DNA from: Octopus vulgaris
Taxonomy: Eukaryota
NCBI GenBank assembly: GCA_951406725.2
Contig: OX597825.1
Span: forward strand, 27,342,001 to 27,406,000
Direction: 5' to 3'
Length of the DNA: 64,000 nt
This document shows positions 55,175 to 64,000 of the stretch, one piece after another. Position numbers and translations under genes: made by a program. The notes under the pieces are model-generated. The model ran no database searches and was not told where the DNA came from. It saw nothing but the letters and a program-made list of their open reading frames with translations. Positions within the stretch are counted from its first letter, which is position 1, and each line of letters begins with the position of its first letter.

Positions 55175-57400
55175 TCAACCTTTCAACCAAACCTCTCTCT
55201 AACATAAAAATTAACATCCTCTCAAAAGGGCTCAAATTTACGCCAACTCCACGCAGAGCCCACCAAAATGCAGTCAAGGGCAATATAACAAAATTTTACA
55301 GAAAGTTAAGACTAGCAGAAGCATCAACCAGTTTCAATACTGAAGATGACTCACTAGTCAGAAACAAAAGTGAACACATCCCCTACAGAGGAAGAAATAA
55401 AGATCTTGACGAGTTCTGCAGCCACATTGAGAACTTTCCCTACCATACTATATATAAACAGACAGTTAACTCAAATTTTAGCACTGCACAATGGAAGGAA
55501 CTGATAGAACTTCAAAATGATGAAGATATAACCATTAAGGAAGCAGACAAAGGTAGTGCAGTTGTAATAATGGATACATAATACTATAGAAATCTTGTAA
55601 TTTCCTTGATGACAATCAACATTATGAAAAAATCACCAACTACACCCCGCAAAAAATAATGAAAACTCTGTCTTCGCTAATTAAAACCCATGAAAAGGAA
55701 CTGATAACCAAAGAGATTGACATTCTAACAAACTTTAAATGCAAGCCTAGCCTCTTCTATGGTCTGCCAAAAATACACAAAATCCAAATTATAAATGAAA
55801 CCATTAAAAGATCACCAAAGACATACACACACCTAACCCGGGAGACCTAAAACTACCACCCATTGTAGCTGACCCAGCCTGTGAAACACACAGATTAAGT
55901 TTATTTATGGACATACTCCTGAAATCCTTCCTTAAACACATCGATAGTCATATCAGAGATGACTTGGATATGTTAAACCACCTTCCAAAAAAGTCCAAGA
56001 AGAAAGAATCTTAGTTTCATTTGATGTAGTTAATTTATATACCAGTATACCTCATAATTATGGACTAGAGGCAATACAGTTCTGGCTGGACCAATTTCCG
56101 GAAGAAATACCAAAAAGGATCAGTAAAAAATTCATTACTAAATCGGTTGAATTCATCCTACAAAATAACCACTTCATGTTTAACAATACGTTTTACCGTC
56201 AAAAGTCCGGAATTGCTATGGGTACAAGGGCAGTACCAGTCATTGCGAATCTAACAATGGGCTATCTGGAAATAATTATATACCAGGAATCTTTATCGAC
56301 CTTTGGAAACCCCCTTTCTCAATACATAAAAGAGAATTGGAAACGATTCCTGGACGATTGTTTTATACTCTGGAATGAAAACACAGATAAACTCTTAAAA
56401 TTCAAAAACCTATTGTACAGCGTCAACCCAAATATACAGTTCACAATGGAGTACAACCAAAAGGAGCTTCCATTCTTAGATATACTGATTAAAAAAATTA
56501 ACCTTAAAATAGAAATTTAGACATTTTGTACAAAGCCACAGACGCCAAACAATATCTTCTTTTTGATTCATGCCACCCAAGACACACTAAAACAAACATC
56601 CCTTTCAACCTTGCAAGAAGGATATGCACAATAATGTCAGAACAAAATACCAGGAACTTTAGATTACAAGAACTCAAAAACACCCTAATTGACAGACAAT
56701 ACCCAGTTCAACTCATAGAGGATGGGATCAGACGTGCAACAGAAATCGACATAGAAACTTTGAGAAAAGTTCAACACAACAACACACCTTCCCCGAAAAT
56801 ACTGCATATCCACATACAACCCCAGAAACAAAGAAGCCTTCACCATCATCACCCAGAATTTACCAATACTTCATAGGACTCCAAATTAAAGGAAATTCTA
56901 AACATACATAAAATCATTAAAAGTTACAAACAACCTAAATCACTTAAAAAGTTTCTCACAAATGCAAAATTGTTTTCTGAAATCACGGATGCAAAAGTTA
57001 AAAAATGTGGTAAACCAAACTGCGCAGCATGCCCAAAACCCTAGTAGGATCAGAATTCCTTTTCAAAGAGGGACAAAAATTCAAGATCAGATCTAATTTT
57101 ACTTGTGCTTCTGAAAACATAATTTATGTCATAAAATGCTCGGGCTGCCACCAGAACTACGTGGGGTCCACGGGATTATCACTCAGACGCAGATGCACTC
57201 TGCATCGACAACAGATTGCATTTCCAGAATACAGAATTATACCCTTTAGTAAGCATATTGAGAAATGAGCAAAGCAACTACTACCACAATTTTTAATCTT
57301 TCCATTCTATCAATGTGCTATTGGAACACCAACACAAATTAGATTAAACAAGGAAACATTCTTCATTGAAAATTATAAGCCTGAACTTAACCATCCTAAC
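55105..57400 (+). pseudogene. PLE reverse transcriptase + GIY-YIG endonuclease, disrupted by stops and frameshifts
   Basis: IINLS..LSKGLKFTPTP, IKEADKGSAVVIM, FYGLPKIHK, SFDVVNLYTSIPH, GIAMGT, RFLDDCF, LPFLDI, YLLFDSCHP, Zn linker KCGKPNCAAC and NIIYVIKCSGCHQNYVGST. Confidence 0.92.
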
Positions 57401-58020
57401 ATTCTTATACAGAGAACCTCATCTCATTAAAAAAGGGGAAAAGAAATATAAGCGATTATCTCCCGTATACCGGAAGAAATCGCTTATTACATACATATAT
57501 AAATATATATATATATATGGGGAGAGAGAGAAAGAGATGGAAGGATAGATAGATAGATACATATATTAAAGTGAGGAGAATGAAGAATTTGAACATTCAA
57601 ACTTCTTGCTTATTCTCAGTTAGAATGCAAGTCTCCAAAAACTTGTTTTATATACTCTAAATAGTCAAGTAATAAACTTGACCATCGGATGAGAGTTGAA
57701 GGTAGATTCTCCCCCTATCAGCGAAAAAAGGACTCACCATCGGAAGGTACCAGGCTAGGCATTTTACTCAGGAGAATTAGATATTTGCCTCAATATCGTA
57801 TCGCTCGTTTCATAGAAATATAGATATAGCTATAGATATAGATATTGATATAGATATATACATACAGACATACAGACATACACACATACATACATGCATA
57901 CATACTTACGTACATACATACATGCGGACAGACAGAAAGATGGGCAGACATGCAGATAGACTTATTCCGTTACTCCATCGTGCGGACATATATCTATATT
58001 TATGCACACGGAAATATATA

Positions 58021-58056
<36 letters not shown>

Positions 58057-59050
58057 ATACGCACATACACACATATACTCAGATAAATACACACATGGAG
58101 CTAAATTGGTAAATTAAATAAATATGAATATACAACAATTTATGTATCAACGCGTGTACACTTATTATCACCTGTTAAAGTGTCCATGTTCTTACACATG
58201 TATGTATAGCTTTTGAATATACCTCTACATAGACTATATTTAGAAAGAAAGCAATGGTTACTATCCCTCCCACATCTAATATGACAATATGCTATAATTG
58301 CCGTATGTTATTTGTTTGTTTTTTAATGTATATCGTTTTTTTTTATAACACGCATCACAATGTTAAATTCTTTAGTTTGTGCTTCTATACATTAAAACTT
58401 CACCGTCGTGCCAAGTGATTTATCAATATGTGCTTGTACGTTTCAATTAAAGAATTATTTCAATATGTAAGTATTGATATTTGAAGGATGATGTTTAAAT
58501 TGCAAGGTAAAGTAAATAAAGCCATCATCGCTTAGATTATATTTGCATTTAACGTGAGTTATAATTAAAATGTCTATGATTTTCTCTAAAGATCCCCCAA
58601 CTGAATGGAGTATTCTAGCCCAATAGTTTACTACTTATTCAGAAATCAGTGGTTAACTACTATCATTGCTATAATTAATGATATGCAGTTACGACAAGCT
58701 AAAGAATCGCTCATCAATAACATAATTATAATTTTACAGATGCTGATACTTAATGATTCACCCAGCTCACTGCCTTAATAATTTTAGTTAATATTTCAAC
58801 ATTTCATTTGGTAGCTATACATTAGTAAGAAACTAAAATATAGACGTACATGTTGCACGTTCTATTCTTTCGCTTTGTTGTATTTGAGATTATCTGAACT
58901 TTTTCATGTTTTGCTCAAATCAGTTTTCACCCAGCAGATTTACAATCTATGCATTCCTGCAACACTATCCCGTTTTCTAATCTATACAGCCTCTAACCAC
59001 CAGAAATGAAATGGATTCTGCTTGTATGATGAAAAACAAAATTATAAATA

Positions 59051-59475
59051 ACCCTTTCTGCTAAAGCACAAGGCCTGAAATTTTGGGGAAGGGTACTTAT
59101 CGATTCACTGAGTACTTAATTGATAGATCCGGAAAAGATGAAAGGTAAAGTCAGCCTCGGCGGAATTTGAAGCTAGAACGTAAAGTCGGACGTAATACCA
59201 CCAAGCATTTCGACTGGTGTGTTAACGATTCTGCCAGTTCGCCTCATTATAATATAAATAATCCATTCTACTAAAGGCACAAGGCTTTTTAATGTGTTGG
59301 GAGGAGAAGAGTCAAGCACATCGACACCAGTTCTTGTCTCGTACTTATTTTATAAACCCCGAAATGATAAAGAACAAAGTCGACCACAGCGGTAGTTCAA
59401 CGTATAAAGTGAAGACGAGCGAAATGCCGTTAAGCATTTTGCCGAACGTGCTAAGAATTCTACCACCTCGCTGTC
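59051..59475 (-). mobile_element. Two tandem diverged copies of SINE family C
   Basis: 59051-59245 and 59262-59475 each run from a (A/G)GCACAAGGC tail to TTCT(G/A)CCA..TCGC and are colinear with 28080-28290. Confidence 0.8.
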
Positions 59476-60393
59476 TTAAAACTGTAGATAATAGAACACA
59501 TTTTGAAATAACATATCAAGCTAATAGAGAATATAGCTGAACTTTTCAGTGACCCGAGTATATGGTTTGTAGCTGATTTTGTGAGTGTTCTTTCAATAAT
59601 TTCTTTAGAGATATATCTTTGAGATCCGTACATTGAAACTCTGTATAGACTCTTTAACGTTCTTAATTACATTAAACCGAGTAGATAAATTAATAGTAGT
59701 ACGCCAAATTATGCACTTCACTACATTCTTTTAAATTCTGCTAATGAGAGCGGACAATATATACGTCATTAAGCTTTTGCAAGTATTTCTCAAACTTATC
59801 GTGTCTATCTCTCTGAATGCCTGCATTTGGTGAAACAGTCTCATTGTTTCATATTCATTGAAAACAAAAAGAAAAACAACTATAATGAAATCAACAGTTA
59901 TTTCGGAGATAAGGGGACGGATATGCGACCAATTTCGTGATAGCGTCGTACGAATCAAAAATAAATTTCCTTGTAAATCTAAGGAATCTTGATTCCATTC
60001 ACCAATAAGCAGAAAGCAACGACGAAGTTGTTCAGGAGAGGCATACAATTTATTCGTCTTCTTATACGTATTGTTATACGTGCAGTAGACATTTTAAGCT
60101 TGGATTCTCTATTTTTCAGAGGAATAGAATTCATTGGAGAATCCCTTCCTGCAACATTAATAATAAGTTACTTCTAATAATCGATCTGGCAGATGCCGTG
60201 TTAACGAGTAAAAGCAAATTCATTTCATATAGCATCATTACAACTGCGCCCTGCTGGTGGGGGAAGGCAACTAAAGTTAAGACACAAATACGCAAGATTT
60301 TCATACAATATATGGGTTGAAAATATCGAATTAGGGCGGTTCTCCTAATAATGACACCTTGTGTGTTTTGCCTCTGTGTGTGTGTATATGTAT

Positions 60394-60450
<57 letters not shown>

Positions 60451-60577
60451 TAAATGAAAGAATGGAGTTGAATGAAGATGTTAACAAAATTCCTTTACTC
60501 TCGACACATGTTTCGAAGACAGCATATTTTCATTCCGAAGGAATAAAGGGTGCATTATGCAATTTTCTCATAATATT

Positions 60578-60631
<54 letters not shown>

Positions 60632-63600
60632 GGGGGGGGGGTTGTGTGTTTTTGCGAGTATGTTTACCATGCCAAAATATACTCGTTGCTTTAGAGACAT
60701 GGACTTAAACGCAAGACCCGCTGCAGTCTCCAATGTCTATTTTACCCAGAACTTTGTTAGGCTTATCGAAGACATGCTAGTGCCCTTGCTCCTTGCTTTC
60801 AAATCTCCCCGGGAAAGATTTGTTCAGTAATTTCCTCATTATTTTTCAACTCATTCTTTATTATGTGTATCTCAAACATATTTATATTGTGTAGACAATA
60901 TACATTCTTGAACAATTTGCTTTCAGTTGTTTTCGTAATATTTTAATATCTATTTCCTCTCAACTAACAGGCAAACTGAAAGAGGAGACTAACCTTACTG
61001 CTGTCACTCTTGCAAATCTTCAAATAATTTCGCATATGGAGAAAACTTGCATCATCATAATCCTGGAGTCTAAATTCTCTAGTAATGGACTGCAGCATGA
61101 AGCATATTTGATGCAGTTATAAAATAAAAACGCTATTTTGCTGCAAAGTTTTGTTATGTGAGATGCAATAAAAAATATCTAGAATTTGTCTAGAATTCTA
61201 CAGTCAAATGCCTAAATATATTTGACAATAAACGTATGCTTCAATATATAATATTGCATGATTAATTTCATATGTCTACACAGATTTATAGAATATGACA
61301 AGTAAGCTTACAATCCTTGTAGTAGAAAACGTAAAACTAAACGTAAATTCCCATGCCAGACACATATGTCCTCCGCTGGTGTATTCATCCAAAACATCTT
61401 TACAAGAGTAAATATGTATTTTTATAAAATAATGAGAGAAAATTATGCTGTATTCTTACGCTTGTCAGTATATATATTTTTTATAGATATCATTCCTTTG
61501 AAATTGCTTCGGATCAAGGCAGGATATAACATTGCTCGTTAAAGATGAATTTAAGTGTCATGCCAACATGCTCTCTTTATGTGTTGCAACCGAAAAATAT
61601 TTGCATTACAATTTACATATTTTATACAGAAAAATAACTCATTGTCACTACGATATACGTGGCAATTTTCGGGATAATCTATAATTCATGCACTTCGCAG
61701 CTGCATTTGATGAAGTGTATATTTTAGATGAAACTGAAGTGACGTAATGGAAATGATTTAGATGGTAAAAATGTTGTTCAATCCGTTAATATCAGCGACA
61801 CATGGTGATCCTAAAATATGAACATCTGACATTAACCAATTATCCAAATTCACTTCTGGAAATAAACGTAGCATTTTACTGTCAGGCATGGTGAATCATT
61901 CCTGGTAGTCGTGTGAAGAGAGACGTTTGTTTATCTCGCATGCATCAGGTGTGGAGATCAATACATCTGATGCATCAAGTATTTTACACCACACCAAAGA
62001 TTAAACTGCTTCTGTCAAAAATTTACGGGTATGTAAAATATATAGATTCATGTTTGAATTGCTTAACAATATCAGTTTCTGAAGTACATTCTGGTACATT
62101 TTATTACTTCTAATTGCTAGAATGCTATCCCTATTCTCACTTCTGTGGGCTATCAAAACCCGTATTCGTTATTTAGTAGGCCTACAGCTTACAGCTTTGA
62201 AACAGTTTTCTACTATACAAGAATGAGAGGAGAAAAAGCTCAAGAAATAATTTTTACATAGCGAAAGCGGTGTATTGTAATCACTCATCTATGTTTGATT
62301 GTGTGATTTCAAAATTACTGGCAAACGGCAGGACGGATTTTCACTACCTTAGACAGAACTACTCATTGGGTGAGTGGCTCGAAGTTATGAACATTTGATT
62401 TGATTATCTTTAAAAAAAATGAACTTAAGAATTCCAGATAAGCAAGTAGTCATATTATTTTGTTCACTTTCTTTTTCATATGAATCGACACTCGTCTGCG
62501 TGCGTGTAGATCATGATGCACCTATGCGCATAGAAAAGTGTGCGTAGATACATACATACATACATACATACATACATACATACATACATACATACATACA
62601 TGCATATGCAGTTGCGTTTGAATGTGTGTTTTGTCTGCGCGTACATGTGTGTGTATGTGCGCACACTGAAGGATTCAAAGATTTCGTTTATTTACGAGTT
62701 GATTTCTTAATTTCACTGTAGTATGAATACATATAATGGTAATACACAGAGAAAACTCAGTTCAATTAAAAACCATGGGGAGGCAATGTATTGTACGCCA
62801 CACTAGAATTTGCGAAAACATTAATCTGCGCGCAAGGTATGCATCGCTTCCGATATCTTTGTTTATTTTTATTTATGATGTCTCCACTATAAATACATCT
62901 TGTAATTTGAAATATTGGTATTCCGATCGTTAACATGTACCACTCCTGCTGTCAACTGAAACAACACTGGCGTAGTAATTTAAGAGTTTGCTCTCAACCA
63001 TTTTGAAGATGGACATTCTAGTATTAGTTTCTTTTTGCATGTGCATATCTTAGCAACAACTTTTTATGCTCTTGAAAACTGACGCCATATATTTTAAGAA
63101 AATGGTGTAGTTTTTCTTGGAGCTTACGAGAGATACAAATGCACCTGCACTATGCATTTCGACTTGCTATTTAAACGGGTACGTAACATCGGGGTAAGCT
63201 AGTTGTCAACCACAAGGACAATAACAATGACGGCAACACAAACAATATTAATAAATCTCGAAATGTGAATAAGTAAATAAACAAAACTGAACACACACCA
63301 TCCATGCACATAAAAGGCTGCTGATGTAGTAAGAATCCTTGTGTAATTACGTAAACCAATAGTAAATTAGTTGGCCGTGACATTTAATTAGGTATTAAAA
63401 AGTGGTTGTAATAGAAAAGGGGCGCCGATTGCAAAAATGTTTGGAAATCAGTAGATTGCAGCTCTAAGGAAAATAATTCAAGTCGACTCTACTTCCTTCG
63501 TTTGTATATCCAGTAATGTACCTGTCCACTTTCTTTGTTCAGTTATTTATTTGAATTTAACGAGTTTAAAGCGGTTTCAGTGACTTCATTACGGATTCAC

Positions 63601-64000
63601 AACTGCAATACAGAATACAGAATATATAAATACGACGGTAACAGGTATGCGTTCCTCTATAACATTAATATCATAACGATAACAAAACTGAATGATGAAC
63701 TCTCAACGTGGACATGACATAACTGATACTACGATTCCCAGACTCATAAAAAAATAAATATTTGTCATTTTATTTTCACTGGTAGTAAATCTAAAATTTT
63801 TCGATTTACTAAACTTGTTGCTACCATCAGTCTATTCATAGATTTATAGTTCGATTTTATGCTGAACTGTAAACTTTCAGAATGTAGTTAACTGACAAAC
63901 GGCAGTTAAGATAATTTATTTTAAGTTGTAAAACAAAATATTTTACGATTAATGAGGTGAAATTAATTTGAGCTCAATTAAAATGTGTAATGTTCATCAA

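Larger units (their letters stand above)
53102..57490 (+). mobile_element. Near full-length Neptune-type Penelope-like element with inverted 5' pseudo-LTR
   Basis: ORF1 is followed by an RT-EN region. 53333-53536 is the reverse complement of 57288-57490, and 53102-53159 is the reverse complement of 53544-53601. Both outer ends abut TA-rich microsatellite. Confidence 0.92.

Noticed and set aside
59731-60048. Minus-strand ORF starting YASPEQL, reminiscent of a kinase activation-segment motif
   Set aside because: There are no upstream DFG/GT or downstream D..S.G motifs and no clear splice sites, so it is likely chance.
60244-60260. CTCF-like motif (CCAGCAGGGCGCAG on the minus strand)
   Set aside because: It mismatches at a core G and has no supporting context.
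60490-60552. Hairpin with GAAACATGT on the minus strand, a possible hammerhead
   Set aside because: There is no acceptable CTGANGA box, so it is too degenerate to call.

Overview
AT-rich, microsatellite-saturated eukaryotic DNA with no intact cellular gene. The SINE families and repeat landscape fit a coleoid cephalopod (Octopus-like) genome, although this is my recognition and not a database result. Most listed ORFs are translations of simple repeats. The real coding content is decayed transposons: Penelope-like elements (PLEs, RT + GIY-YIG) of at least three lineages, three R4/Dong-like RLE LINE pieces, CR1-like and Tx1-like LINE remnants, Tc1/mariner scraps, several tRNA-derived SINEs, and foldback palindromes sitting in (TA)n. 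The main observation is a near full-length Neptune-type PLE at 53102-57490. It has an upstream helical ORF1 overlapping an ATG-less RT-EN frame at an in-phase T_TTT_TTA heptamer (candidate -1 programmed frameshift), plus an inverted pseudo-LTR carrying a degenerate hammerhead ribozyme. Further minimal hammerhead-like motifs occur at other PLE-type ends, one directly behind a tRNA-like module and two in the arms of a 377-bp palindrome. Possible host-gene traces are an E-box/X-box/CCAAT cluster near 1.8 kb and a signal-peptide-like exon at 29.5 kb.
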